Positions 48,017 to 61,148 of a stretch of DNA of 64,000 bases are shown here, piece after piece. Every line of letters starts with the position of its first letter. Position 1 is the stretch's first letter. The notes beneath the pieces are model-generated. The model was not told the origin of the DNA and ran no database searches. It saw only the letters and a list, made by a program, of their open reading frames with translations. Source of the DNA: Polyangiaceae bacterium (GTDB lineage Bacteria > Myxococcota_A > Polyangia > Polyangiales > Polyangiaceae); the NCBI GenBank assembly GCA_009780955.1, contig WQZB01000008.1:13368-77367 (forward strand), given 5' to 3'. The translations under genes and the position numbers were made by a program.

Positions 48017-49438
48017 ATGATTCGTCGCCTTTCTATCCAGTCTATCCAGTTTGCATTCCTGCTTGCCTCTGCGTCCCTTGCCTCCTTGGCATTCGCGCCG
48101 TCATCGGCCTTCGCCGATCCGCCGCCTGCCGTAGCAACGCGGCCGCCGCCCTCTGCCGCCACGCCGGGTGCAGCCGAAGCGCGCAGGCTCTCTGACGCGT
48201 TTGTTGCCGTTGCCGAGCACGTCAGCCCAAGCGTCGTGCAAATCGACATTACCGCACGCGACGAGCAAGAAACGGTTCCTAACCTTTTCAATCGCAACCA
48301 AGACTCACCTGTGGCGCGGGGCACGGGCTCGGGTGTCGTGTTCTCGACCGACGGCGCGATCCTCACGAACAACCACGTCATCGATCACTCGCTCACCATC
48401 AGCGTGCGCCTTCGCGACGGGCGCATCTTTCCCGCCAAGCTTCTTGGCCGCGATCCTGGTACCGATCTCGCCGTGGTCAAAATCGACGCCGCGGGACTGA
48501 CTGCCGCGAAGTTCGCCGACTCCGACGCCGCCCGCGTTGGCGAGTGGACGGTTGCCATTGGTTCGCCCTTTGGACTCGGTTACACCGTCACCACAGGGGT
48601 GCTTAGCGCGAAAGGCCGCGGCGCGCTCGGCATGAACCTCATCGAAGACTATCTGCAAACCGACGCAAGCATCAACCCAGGCAACTCGGGCGGCCCGCTC
48701 TGTGATCTCAATGGCAACGTGCTCGGCATCAACACGATGATCGTCGGGCATGGCACCGGCATTGGCTTCGCCGTCCCGTCAAACCTCGCCAGGCGCGTGG
48801 CCGACCAACTCATCAAGACCGGTCGTGTGCAACGCGCATGGATCGGCGTGGGTGTGCAAGACCTGTCACCCGAACTTGCCGCTGCCAAGAAAGTCGACGT
48901 GCGCGCCGGCGTGCTCGTCAACTCGGTCGTCGACAACGGCCCTGCGAAGAAGGCAAACGTCAAGCCTGGTGACATCATCGCGAGCATTGGCGGCAAAAGA
49001 GTGACCGACACGCGCGAACTCGTTCGCAATACGATTGCCCACGAGGTCGGGCAAACCGTGGTGCTCGAAATTGTCCGCGACGGCAAGCATTACGGCGCAT
49101 CCGCCGTTTTGGGCGCAAAGCCGGAGCCTGCAGTGCCACCGCTGCCCGTGCAACAGCAAGGCGTCCCGCAGGCCGGCCTCGGCCTCAGTGTTCGCGATCT
49201 TTCCCCTCAGCAAACTTCGCAGTCTGGGCTCAGCGGCAAGCCGATTGCGGTCGTTACGTCGATCAATCCGGGCTCGTCAGCCGATCGCGCTGGGCTCAAA
49301 CCAGGCGATGTCATCATCGAGGCCAACGGCATCGCCGAGCCGAACTCGGCGCAGCTCGTGGAAGCAGCCAAAGGCGGGCAGCTTTTGCTTCTCGTGCGAC
49401 GCCGCGACCAGAGCTTTTACGCAACCATGAAAAAGTAG
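48017..49438 (+). CDS. DegP/HtrA serine protease with two PDZ domains
   Basis: GSGVV, TNNHV, DLAVVK, QTDASINPGNSGGPL, two PDZ repeats. Confidence 0.96.
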   Translation: MIRRLSIQSIQFAFLLASASLASLAFAPSSAFADPPPAVATRPPPSAATPGAAEARRLSDAFVAVAEHVSPSVVQIDITARDEQETVPNLFNRNQDSPVARGTGSGVVFSTDGAILTNNHVIDHSLTISVRLRDGRIFPAKLLGRDPGTDLAVVKIDAAGLTAAKFADSDAARVGEWTVAIGSPFGLGYTVTTGVLSAKGRGALGMNLIEDYLQTDASINPGNSGGPLCDLNGNVLGINTMIVGHGTGIGFAVPSNLARRVADQLIKTGRVQRAWIGVGVQDLSPELAAAKKVDVRAGVLVNSVVDNGPAKKANVKPGDIIASIGGKRVTDTRELVRNTIAHEVGQTVVLEIVRDGKHYGASAVLGAKPEPAVPPLPVQQQGVPQAGLGLSVRDLSPQQTSQSGLSGKPIAVVTSINPGSSADRAGLKPGDVIIEANGIAEPNSAQLVEAAKGGQLLLLVRRRDQSFYATMKK

Positions 49439-49462
49439 CACGCGGGAAAAGGAAAAATTCTC

Positions 49463-50599
49463 ATGCTTGATATTCGACAGTCGCCCATGGGCGGCAATAT
49501 CCATCATTTTTTGAATGTTGTTGATACGATTTACCGAGACGACCCTCGTTACATTCGCCCGCTCGACATGGATATCAGCGATAGGCTGAATCCGAAAAAG
49601 AATCCGTTTTTCGAACACGGCGAAGGCACCCTTTATACCGCGCACCAAAATGGCCTTTGCGTCGGTCGTATTACCGCGCAAATCGACCGCGAGCACCAGC
49701 GTCGATACAAAGACAACGTTGGCTTCTTTGGCTTTTTCGACACCGTCGACGACGAACACGTCGCGCGTGCCCTACTCGAGCATGCCGAAACTTGGCTCCG
49801 CGATCGGAGCATGAAGCGCATTCGCGGGCCGCTGTCGCTCAACATCAACGAGGAGCTCGGATGCCTCGTGGACGGTTTCGATTCGCCGCCGGTTTTAATG
49901 AATCCGCACCACCGGCCTTACCAAGGCGGGCTCATCGAGAAGGCCGGCTACGAAAAGGCCAAAGACTTTTTCGGCTGGCGCTACGAAGTTGGCGAGCTCA
50001 ATCCGCGCGTGCGCAAAGCATTGCAAGACATCGAGGCAATGCCAGAAATCGCAGTGCGGTCGTTCTCCAAGAAAACGCTGGCGAGCGATGTAGCCATTGC
50101 GTTGGAACTCTTCAATGACGCGTGGAGTGAGAATTGGGGCTTCGTTCCCATGACAACGAAGGAAGCCGACAAGATGGCCGCCGATCTCAAAATGTTCATG
50201 GTACCCGAGATCACGAAAATCGTGACCATCGATGGCGAGCCCGCGGCCGTGGCCATTGCGCTGCCCAACGTCAACGAGATAATTGGAGACTTGCGCGGCA
50301 AACTTTTCCCGCTTGGAATCGTCAAGCTGCTCTGGCGCCTGAAGGTCGAAGGCGTAAAAAGCGGGCGACTCATCATTCTTGGCATCAAAAAGAAGTTTCG
50401 CATGCATCGCAAGTATGCGCCGCTGTCGGTTTATTTGTATGGCGCCATGAACAACGGCGGCAAGCAGGTTGGCATGACCTGGGGCGAACTTGGTTGGACG
50501 CTCGAAGACAACGCGGCGGTCAATACAGGGATCAAAATGATGGGGGCAAAGAAGTACAAGACGTATCGCGTGTACGAAAAGCCGATTGTGAAAGAATAA
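49463..50599 (+). CDS. Tandem-GNAT acyltransferase of the YghO / bacterial ceramide synthase (bCerS)-like family
   Basis: KKNPFFEHG, GRITAQID, GFFGFF, IRGPLSLNINEELGCLVDGFDSPP, WTLEDN, KTYRVY. Confidence 0.75.
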   Translation: MLDIRQSPMGGNIHHFLNVVDTIYRDDPRYIRPLDMDISDRLNPKKNPFFEHGEGTLYTAHQNGLCVGRITAQIDREHQRRYKDNVGFFGFFDTVDDEHVARALLEHAETWLRDRSMKRIRGPLSLNINEELGCLVDGFDSPPVLMNPHHRPYQGGLIEKAGYEKAKDFFGWRYEVGELNPRVRKALQDIEAMPEIAVRSFSKKTLASDVAIALELFNDAWSENWGFVPMTTKEADKMAADLKMFMVPEITKIVTIDGEPAAVAIALPNVNEIIGDLRGKLFPLGIVKLLWRLKVEGVKSGRLIILGIKKKFRMHRKYAPLSVYLYGAMNNGGKQVGMTWGELGWTLEDNAAVNTGIKMMGAKKYKTYRVYEKPIVKE

Positions 50600-50627
50600 G
50601 CTCAATTCGATAAGAAAGGAAATTCCC

Positions 50628-51578
50628 ATGTCGAAGGAACAATTCAGCGATCATGATCTGGCGCGCTTCAAACAGGCGCAGCGGCTCGCCTACGATGCCG
50701 TCACGCATGTAGAAAAGGAGCTTTACGAGGGCATCACGGAGAAAGAGGCTGCCGCAAAGATCGAGCGCTGGCTGCGCGACCACGGCGTCACGAATTTCTT
50801 CCATTATGGTTTTGCTTGGTTTGGTGAGCGTGCGGCGTTTCGAGGGTTCATGCGGCTCGCCGACAATGCGATTTTCACCAACCTCATTCCTCATTTCGGC
50901 AAACAGTTTCAGCCTTCGAATCGGAAGCTGCGCAAAGGCGATTCCGTCATTCTCGATGTGGCTCCAGCCATTGGCGACATCGCGGTCGATATGGGATATG
51001 CTTGTAGCCTCGGCGAGTCCGAAGCACTTCACGACGCCAGAATGGCCCTCGAGCCGCATCGCGAATTAATCCTAAGTATGGTGAAGGCTGGCAAAACGCA
51101 GAGAGATATTTATGCCGCGGTCGACCGACTCATCGCCGAACAGGGCTACGAAGCCGCGCACAGCTTCTACCCAAATGCCGTGCTCGGCCACAAAGTAGGC
51201 AGGTATCCAATGCCTATGCTGCAGTTGCCGCGGGTTCTTGGTTTCGGCCCACAAGCTCTTGTTTATCTCGGCAACCACGTCGCACACAAAGCCCTTCACC
51301 CCAAAGCGAATGCCATGCCGATTTGGAATATGCATTCCAACGTACCGTGTGAACCCGGGTTGTGGGCCGTGGAGCCCCACATTGGCAAAGGCGATGTTGG
51401 CGCGAAGTGGGAGGAGCTTCTCGTCGTCACCGAAGACACGGCCTATTGGCTCGACGACGATCTGGCCCACCACCGCTACTGGAAGGAGCATCGCTCCGCG
51501 CATCCTGCCCATACAGCCACAGGTGAACTGCAAGCCGCACGGGGGGCCGCGCCGCGCCTGGGGAGATCCCTGGGCTAG
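50628..51578 (+). CDS. M24-family metallopeptidase
   Basis: Pita-bread ligands D(VAP)..D, H(KVG), E(PH), EE; no long N-terminal domain. Confidence 0.8.
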   Translation: MSKEQFSDHDLARFKQAQRLAYDAVTHVEKELYEGITEKEAAAKIERWLRDHGVTNFFHYGFAWFGERAAFRGFMRLADNAIFTNLIPHFGKQFQPSNRKLRKGDSVILDVAPAIGDIAVDMGYACSLGESEALHDARMALEPHRELILSMVKAGKTQRDIYAAVDRLIAEQGYEAAHSFYPNAVLGHKVGRYPMPMLQLPRVLGFGPQALVYLGNHVAHKALHPKANAMPIWNMHSNVPCEPGLWAVEPHIGKGDVGAKWEELLVVTEDTAYWLDDDLAHHRYWKEHRSAHPAHTATGELQAARGAAPRLGRSLG

Positions 51579-51596
51579 CTGTGTTACGTTGTCCGA

Positions 51597-52208
51597 GTGT
51601 ACGCAACCTCGCTGACACCTATCGAAGAACGACTCGACCGCGACGACCGCGTCATTCTCCACGGAATGACGTGGAAAGACTTTGAGATTGTCCTTGCGGT
51701 GCGCGGCGATACCGCGGGCGTACGCATGTACTATCTCGACGGTGAGATCGAACTCATGAGCCCCTCGCGCGGACACGAAGGAAACAAAACATTGCTGGCG
51801 CGGTTGTTGGAGCATTGGGCCATCGAAACGGGTGCAGAGCTCGAAGGGTTCGGCTCATGGACACTCAAGGAAGAGGCAAAAGAAGCCGGCGCCGAGCCTG
51901 ACGAGTGCTACATCATCGGCGATCCTCAATTGAAGGACGTGCCTGATTTTGCGATCGAGGTTGCCTGGTCGCGCGGTGGATTGCACAAACTCGAAATCTA
52001 CGAGCGATTGGGCGTTCACGAATTGTGGATGATGAATCGCGATGGAACGGTCGAGATCTACGCGCTCGAAAAAGCGCACTATGTGCCTGTAAAGGAAAGT
52101 CGCGTTCTACCAAAACTCGACGTGGCGTGGCTTGCAGGCTTCTTGAAGCATCCAACACAGCATGAGGCCGTCCTTGCACTCCGCGATGTCCTTCGTGCAA
52201 AGCGCTGA
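51597..52208 (+). CDS. Uma2-family (PD-(D/E)xK) endonuclease
   Basis: GEIELMSP..HE, EPDECY, PDFAIEV, KLEIYERLGVHELW. Confidence 0.9.
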   Translation: MYATSLTPIEERLDRDDRVILHGMTWKDFEIVLAVRGDTAGVRMYYLDGEIELMSPSRGHEGNKTLLARLLEHWAIETGAELEGFGSWTLKEEAKEAGAEPDECYIIGDPQLKDVPDFAIEVAWSRGGLHKLEIYERLGVHELWMMNRDGTVEIYALEKAHYVPVKESRVLPKLDVAWLAGFLKHPTQHEAVLALRDVLRAKR

Positions 52209-52253
52209 AGGCTCATTTGATTTGCGCCCCAATTCTGGCAATAGCTTCTTCGC

Positions 52254-53237
52254 ATGAAAGTTCTTGTCACCGGAGGCAGCGGTTTTCTGGGTAGTCACGT
52301 GGCCGAGCAGCTTACGAGGGAGGGTCACTCTGTGCGGGCGCTCGTTCGAAAGAGCTCGAATCGTACGTTTCTAAGTACACTTGCCGGCATTGAGTTCGCC
52401 GAAGGCAGCGTGGAAAACCGTGCAAGCGTGGAACAAGCCATGAAGGGCGTCGACGCGGTCGTGCACTCGGCCGGGCTCGTCAAAGCGCGAAGCGAAGCCG
52501 AGTTTTTCGCGTGCAACACCGAAGGCACTGCAAACTTGCTCAACGCCGCCATCGCTCATGCGCCGAACCTCAAGCGCTTCGTTCACATCTCGAGCCTCGA
52601 GGCGTGCGGTCCGTCGTTCGATGGAAAACCCGTGGCCGTCGATCAACAGAAGCCTGTCACGGCTTACGGGCGCTCGAAGCTCGCCGCCGAGAAAGAATGC
52701 ACGAGTCGCAAAGACAAGCTTCCGATCATCGTCTTGCGACCTGGCGCGATTTACGGCCCGCGTGACGTTGAAATCTTCGAGGCCTTTCGGGCCGTGCGCC
52801 GTCGCCAGTACCCCGTCATCGGAGACGGGAAAATGCTCGCGTGTTACATCTATGGCCCCGACTGTGCGGCGGCATGCATCAAAGCCATCGAAGCAACCGT
52901 GGCGAGCGGAAGCATCTACTTCGTGGACGATGGCAAGCCTTTGAGCATGGCACACGCCATGGGTGAGATCTTGCCAGACGCGGTTGGCAGAAAGCCGTTC
53001 GTGCGCTTTGGCGTACCGCTCGCCGTGCTGAAGGTTGCTTCCGCCGGCGTTGAGGCGTACGGCAAGCTACGCGGCAAAGCAGTCATGCTCACACGCGAAA
53101 AGGTGACCATGCTTAGCCACCACTGGGTATGCGACAGCGCAAGCGCGCGTGCCGATCTCAGATGGAAGCCCGAGGTGACCTTCCGCGAGGGCGCGCGCCT
53201 CACAGCAACATGGTACGAAGACAACGGCTGGCTATAA
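52254..53237 (+). CDS. NAD-dependent epimerase/dehydratase (extended SDR; CerR candidate)
   Basis: VTGGSGFLG, HSAGL, YGRSK (YxxxK), RPGAIYGP. Confidence 0.9.
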   Translation: MKVLVTGGSGFLGSHVAEQLTREGHSVRALVRKSSNRTFLSTLAGIEFAEGSVENRASVEQAMKGVDAVVHSAGLVKARSEAEFFACNTEGTANLLNAAIAHAPNLKRFVHISSLEACGPSFDGKPVAVDQQKPVTAYGRSKLAAEKECTSRKDKLPIIVLRPGAIYGPRDVEIFEAFRAVRRRQYPVIGDGKMLACYIYGPDCAAACIKAIEATVASGSIYFVDDGKPLSMAHAMGEILPDAVGRKPFVRFGVPLAVLKVASAGVEAYGKLRGKAVMLTREKVTMLSHHWVCDSASARADLRWKPEVTFREGARLTATWYEDNGWL

Positions 53238-53267
53238 CGCGCGCGAAAGGTTCAGGCACATTTTACT

Positions 53268-56351
<3,084 letters not shown>

Positions 56352-56379
56352 TCGAAACAGGGTAGTCTAGTTCGCTGAT

Positions 56380-56904
56380 ATGAACTTCGCCCGCCTCTTT
56401 CGCGCCGCTGCAACGTCCGTTGCCATCGCTACCTCGGGCTTGCTGGGTTTGCTGGGCGCCGCCTGCGATGCCGGCGCCCCTCCGAATACTGCGAACATCG
56501 CGCCGGGGCCAATGCCCGCGGGCGAGTCATGGAACGGCGTCTACTTCCACCCCATCTACGGCTACCTTCACCTCGTCGAATCGGGCTCACAGGTCATCGG
56601 TCGCTGGAAGCGCACCAACCAAAGCCATTGGGGCGAACTCAATGGAACGGTGAGCGGCAACGTTCTTCATTATTCATGGAAAGAGCACCAAATCGGAATG
56701 GTTGGTCCGAGCGCCACAACCCGCGGCAAAGGCTACTTCGTTTACAAAATGGACGAAGAGGGCCGCCCTGTTCTTGAGGGGCAGTTCGGCCTCAACGACA
56801 ACGAAAGCGGCAGCGACTGGAGAAACGTAAAACAGGCTCGCGTGCGACCTAATCTCAGGTCGATTGGTGGGGATAGCGAAGGGGTTCCCCCAGGTGGTTT
56901 CTGA
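56380..56904 (+). CDS. Hypothetical lipoprotein
   Basis: LLGLLGAAC lipobox; WNGVY..YG.LHL beta-rich mature domain. Confidence 0.75.
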   Translation: MNFARLFRAAATSVAIATSGLLGLLGAACDAGAPPNTANIAPGPMPAGESWNGVYFHPIYGYLHLVESGSQVIGRWKRTNQSHWGELNGTVSGNVLHYSWKEHQIGMVGPSATTRGKGYFVYKMDEEGRPVLEGQFGLNDNESGSDWRNVKQARVRPNLRSIGGDSEGVPPGGF

Positions 56905-56908
56905 TTTC

Positions 56909-57086
56909 GTAGGGGCGCCATTCATGGCGCCCGACTGCAGGCGGATGCCGAGGGCGCGATGAATCGCGCCCCTACAATCAGCCAAACGCATACTTCGTAG
57001 GGGCGGCCCCCTGTGGCCGCCCCATAACCGTCAAAAAAACGCATCAAAACGCATATTCGTAGGGGCACCCCTTGTGGGTGCCCCTA
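56909..57086. repeat. REP cluster (doublet plus two variant palindromes)
   Basis: 56909-56975 doublet; GTAGGGGCGGCCCCCTGTGGCCGCCC at 56997; GTAGGGGCACCCCTTGTGGGTGCCCCTA at 57059-57086. Confidence 0.9.
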
Positions 57087-57109
57087 ATCGCATCCGTGCA
57101 CCGCAAATG

Positions 57110-58141
57110 TCAGGATGCGTCGTCAGTTCGTCGCCCCGGTCTGACTGGGCCGAATGCGACAATTGCTTGGCGCAATGTGCAAAGCATTTCTGGATTTTGT
57201 GCAAGCATATCGCGTGAGCGCTCGCGCCCATTGCCGAGCGCACTGCCAGCGAAGCTCAGATGGTTTCCGCTTTTTTCGATGAGACCTCGCGACAGACCGA
57301 GATCGATGAGTTCGCTCGTCCTATCAACACCCATACCGTAGCGTATTTCGAATTCGGCCTCGGTGAATGGAGAGGCCACTTTGTTCTTTGCGAGTTTCAC
57401 GCGCACCCGCCCGCCGACAATCTCGTCGCTCACCTTTACCTGGCCAATGCGGCGGACATCAATGCGCATTGATGCATAGAATTTGAGCGCGTTGCCGCCG
57501 GTTGTGGTCTCGGGATTGCCAAATGTGACACCGATTTTCTGACGCAACTGGTTGATGAACAAAAGCGTCGTGCCTGTCCGGTGCGCGACGGCTGCAAGCT
57601 TGCGTAGCGCTTGGCTCATCAAGCGTGCCTGCAGCCCCATGTGCGAGTCCCCCATGTCGCCCTCGATTTCGGCGCGCGGCGTGAGCGCTGCAACCGAATC
57701 TACGACAATGAGATCGACCACACCGCATTTTACGAGCATTTCGCAAATGTCGAGCGCCTGCTCGCCCGTGTCGGGTTGCGACACGAGAAGCCGATCGATC
57801 TCCACACCGATGCCTCGTGCATAGTTGATGTCGATGGCGTGCTCGGCATCGATGAATGCGCAGATCCCGCCGGCCTTTTGAGCCTCGGCAATCGCGTGCA
57901 ACGCGAGCGTTGTTTTGCCGCTCGACTCAGGACCGTAAACTTCAATGATCCTTCCGCGTGGGTAGCCGCCCACGCCCGTTGCAAGATCCAAAGCGAGCGA
58001 TCCCGTCGAGATCGTTGCCACGGGCTCGGTGCCGCTTTCGTCGCCGAGCGCCATAATCGAGCCTTTGCCAAACTGCTTTTCGACTGTGCTCACAACGCCT
58101 TTGAGCACGCGCATTTTTTCAGTGATTTGATCGATTATCAT
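57110..58141 (-). CDS. recA: Recombinase RecA (short C-terminus, no acidic tail)
   Basis: [46 protein letters not shown]. Confidence 0.97.
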   Translation of the reverse strand: MIIDQITEKMRVLKGVVSTVEKQFGKGSIMALGDESGTEPVATISTGSLALDLATGVGGYPRGRIIEVYGPESSGKTTLALHAIAEAQKAGGICAFIDAEHAIDINYARGIGVEIDRLLVSQPDTGEQALDICEMLVKCGVVDLIVVDSVAALTPRAEIEGDMGDSHMGLQARLMSQALRKLAAVAHRTGTTLLFINQLRQKIGVTFGNPETTTGGNALKFYASMRIDVRRIGQVKVSDEIVGGRVRVKLAKNKVASPFTEAEFEIRYGMGVDRTSELIDLGLSRGLIEKSGNHLSFAGSALGNGRERSRDMLAQNPEMLCTLRQAIVAFGPVRPGRRTDDAS

Positions 58142-58162
58142 TTTTTTCTCCGTTTTCCATTC

Positions 58163-58234
58163 GCCTGCCAAAGGTAAAAGTGACCCGCGAACGGAGGCGA
58201 AAATCGCCCGCGAGCCTGCCAAAAAAAGTGACCC
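58163..58234. promoter_or_regulatory. Imperfect direct repeat in the recA upstream region
   Basis: GCCTGCCAAAGGTAAAAGTGACCC (58163-58186) and GCCTGCCAAAAAAAGTGACCC (58214-58234). Confidence 0.5.
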
Positions 58235-58244
58235 CAAAAAGGAA

Positions 58245-59786
58245 TTACGCCGCGCTCTGCGCCGTGCCGAACGCGTCGCGGTCGAGCACACGGCCGCTCA
58301 CGGCTTCCCCAACGTCAGACGCCGCAATCGCTGTGCGTCCGTCGAGATCGGCCAGGGTGCGGGCCACGCGAAGGACCTTGCCGTAGGCGCGCGCCGACAG
58401 CCCAAGACGCTTCACCGCGTCAGCAAGGATGTTCATGCCAGCTTCATCGAGCGCGCACACGCGTTCGATGTCGTGCTGCAAAAGACGCGCGTTCCATGGC
58501 TCCGATACTTCGCCTGCTTCCGCGCGCCCGCGTTGCACCCGACGCGCCATTTCGACCCGCGCACGAACCACACTGCTGCGTTCGCCACATGCTTTGCCTT
58601 GCAGAGCCGCGACATCGACAGGCCTGAGCGCAACATGAATGTCGAGTCGGTCGATGAGCGGACCGCTCAGACGTGATCGATACTCGCGCACTCGATCGCT
58701 CCGACAATCGCATCGCCGTGTTCCGTCTCCCATCCGGCCACACGGGCATGGATTCGTTGCGGCGATCACCATAGGTCTTGCCGGATAGGTGGCGGTGATT
58801 TGTGCGCGCGAAATCGTCACGAAGCCATCTTCCAGAGGCTGACGCAGCGCCTCGAGTGCGCCCCGCCGGAACTCGGCAAGTTCGTCGAGGAACAAAACAC
58901 CGTCGTGAGCAAGACTGACTTCCCCGGGCCGCGCGAGCTCACCACCGCCCACGAGAGCAGCCTCGCTCGCGGTGTGGTGCGGCGCGCGGAATGGGCGCTC
59001 GCCAAGAGAGCGACGCCGCATCCCCGCCACGCTATGAATCGCGAGAACGCCGAGCGCTTCGTCGCGCGAAAGAGGCGGCAAAATCCCTGGCAAGCGTCGC
59101 GCAAGCATGGTTTTTCCCGCGCCTGGCGAGCCGATGAAGAGCAAGTTGTGCCCACCAGCGGCAGCGACCTCGAGTGCCCGCCGCGCGGAGGCCTGCCCAC
59201 GCACGTCGCCAAGATCGTCACGTACTAGCACTTCCGGGAGCGAGTACGGCGACGCGGCTGCTCGCATGAGCGGACCTTCGCCACGCAGCGACGCGACGAG
59301 CTCCGCGAGCGTGCTCGCCACCCCGATTTCGATCCCTTCGACGAGGGCCGCCTCGGACTCATTGGCACGCGGAATGACCACGCGACCGACGCCTCGCGCG
59401 CGGGCCTCGAGCAAGTGCGCGACGAGCCCACGAACTGGATGCAGGCTTCCATCGAGCGAGAGCTCGCCGAGAAAGAGCACGTCCCGAGGGGCATCTTGGG
59501 AAACGGAGCCAAGGGCCGTGAGCGTTGCGACGGCAATCGCAAGGTCGAACGAGCTACCTCGCTTTTTTAGATCTGCCGGCGCAAGATTGGCGACAACACG
59601 GTATTCGCTGAGATCGACTCCAACGTTGGCAAGCGCGCTTCGAACGCGCACGCGGCTTTCACGAACTGCAGCTTCGGCATACCCCACTACTTCGAACGAC
59701 GGGATGCCACGCAGGACCTCGACTTCAACGCGAACAGGATGGGCAGCGAGCCCAACGAGGACAGAGCCATGTGCAATAGCGAGCAT
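58245..59786 (-). CDS. comM: ComM/YifB Mg-chelatase-like AAA+ helicase
   Basis: [76 protein letters not shown]. Confidence 0.95.
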   Translation of the reverse strand: MLAIAHGSVLVGLAAHPVRVEVEVLRGIPSFEVVGYAEAAVRESRVRVRSALANVGVDLSEYRVVANLAPADLKKRGSSFDLAIAVATLTALGSVSQDAPRDVLFLGELSLDGSLHPVRGLVAHLLEARARGVGRVVIPRANESEAALVEGIEIGVASTLAELVASLRGEGPLMRAAASPYSLPEVLVRDDLGDVRGQASARRALEVAAAGGHNLLFIGSPGAGKTMLARRLPGILPPLSRDEALGVLAIHSVAGMRRRSLGERPFRAPHHTASEAALVGGGELARPGEVSLAHDGVLFLDELAEFRRGALEALRQPLEDGFVTISRAQITATYPARPMVIAATNPCPCGRMGDGTRRCDCRSDRVREYRSRLSGPLIDRLDIHVALRPVDVAALQGKACGERSSVVRARVEMARRVQRGRAEAGEVSEPWNARLLQHDIERVCALDEAGMNILADAVKRLGLSARAYGKVLRVARTLADLDGRTAIAASDVGEAVSGRVLDRDAFGTAQSAA

Positions 59787-59935
59787 GACCCGGGCACATT
59801 GCGATCTGTATGCCTAAGTGCATCTTGAATAATTCCCGTAGGATACAAATGCTGGAAACTGGCGGCGACAGATTTCGGGCTGGCGGCGACAATCTTGGGA
59901 TCGCCAATCATGCGCCTTCGCGGAAGATCGATTGG

Positions 59936-60018
59936 CTCGCTTTCAAGTTGACGCGAGATTTCGGCCAGAGGCCGCACCGCAGGCACCAACGAAGAGATCG
60001 CGTCAAATCGAAAGCGGG
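59936..60018 (+). mobile_element. Short type-A mini-element (internal deletion)
   Basis: CGCTTTCAAGTTGACGCGA...GCACCGCAGGCACCAACGAAG...TCGCGTCAAATCGAAAGCGGG. Confidence 0.8.
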
Positions 60019-60068
60019 TGTCGTCACAATTTCGTAAAATAGGCATAGGCTAGGGTACTCTATCGCGC

Positions 60069-61133
60069 ATGAAGAAGGAGGCCTTGCGACTCACGGCGAC
60101 CGTCCCCGTTGCCCCTACAACGCTGTACTATGCATGGCTCGACAGTGCTCAGCACTCCGCCATGACGGGCGCCGATGCCACCATGGTTAGCGAGGTAGGT
60201 GCGAAGTACTCCGCATGGAACGGTTACATCACCGGGAAAATGATTGCTCTCGATCTCGGTCGCCGCATCGTCATGAGCTGGCGCACAACGGATTTCCCTG
60301 ATGACGCTGCAGACTCGCGTGTCGAGCTGCACTTCGAATCGCTTGGCGGTGGCACTCGGATCCTCGTTCTTCACACTGACATACCCGAAGGTCAGAGCGA
60401 GCAGTTTCGCGTGAGCTGGAACGAAAAGTACTTCATGCCGCTGCGCACCTACTTTGCCAAGGCATTGCCCGATCCTCGCTTGCCTCCACCCGTGCGAAAG
60501 CCCCCGCCCCCCCCCGAACCCGACAACGAGGAAGAAGCAGAAGAAGAAGCACCGAGTGCCGACAGCAAGCTTGCGAAGCCTTCCAAGCCGGCCAAGCTGA
60601 CAAGCGTTGTCACGCCAGCGAAATCGGATTTGCCGAAACCAGACAAACTAGCCAGGCTTGCAGTAGAGGAGGCGCCCGCCCCACCACCAACTGACAACGA
60701 CAAGACTGCAAAAGGTGAAAAGGCTTTGACAAAGAAGCCAGCAAAGTCTGCATTCAAGAAAAAGAAGGCCCCCAAGAAGCCAGCAGAAAAGCCGGCAAAG
60801 TCCACCGTCAAGAAAGAGACCTCGGCAAAGAAGCAGCCCAAGCTTGCAATCAAGAAGAAAGCCTCGGCAAAGAAAGCAGAGAAGCTTGACAAGCCCGCTG
60901 CCCCAAAAAAAGCGAAAGTAAAAAAGCAAGCACAAAAGCAAGTCAAACTTGCAGCCAAGAAAAAGCCCTCAGCAAAGAAGCAAGCCAAGCTTGCAGCCAA
61001 GCCAACCAAGAAAAAGGCCGCAGCAAAGAAATTGGTAGCGAAAAAACCTACTGCCAAGAAGGCCAAGAAGCTTCAGCGCAGCCGACCAGCAGCGAAGGAT
61101 CAGAAGAAAAAAAAGAAGGCAAAAAAGCGCTAA
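60069..61133 (+). CDS. SRPBCC/Aha1-like domain fused to a histone-H1-like Lys/Ala/Pro tail
   Basis: LYYAWLDS..H..MTG, AWNGYITG, RRIVMSWRT, W..KYF; then an acidic patch and about 150 aa of KKPA/AKK repeats. Confidence 0.85.
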   Translation: MKKEALRLTATVPVAPTTLYYAWLDSAQHSAMTGADATMVSEVGAKYSAWNGYITGKMIALDLGRRIVMSWRTTDFPDDAADSRVELHFESLGGGTRILVLHTDIPEGQSEQFRVSWNEKYFMPLRTYFAKALPDPRLPPPVRKPPPPPEPDNEEEAEEEAPSADSKLAKPSKPAKLTSVVTPAKSDLPKPDKLARLAVEEAPAPPPTDNDKTAKGEKALTKKPAKSAFKKKKAPKKPAEKPAKSTVKKETSAKKQPKLAIKKKASAKKAEKLDKPAAPKKAKVKKQAQKQVKLAAKKKPSAKKQAKLAAKPTKKKAAAKKLVAKKPTAKKAKKLQRSRPAAKDQKKKKKAKKR

Positions 61134-61148
61134 ACTAGCGATGTGACG

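Noticed and set aside
56909-57086. Repeated palindromes resembling a CRISPR array (also 16043-16185)
   Set aside because: Units vary in sequence and orientation, spacers are similar to each other rather than unique, and there are no cas genes; these are REPs.
60700-61133. A-rich AAGAAG/GCAAAG repeats
   Set aside because: They encode the Lys/Ala tail; not a separate DNA element.
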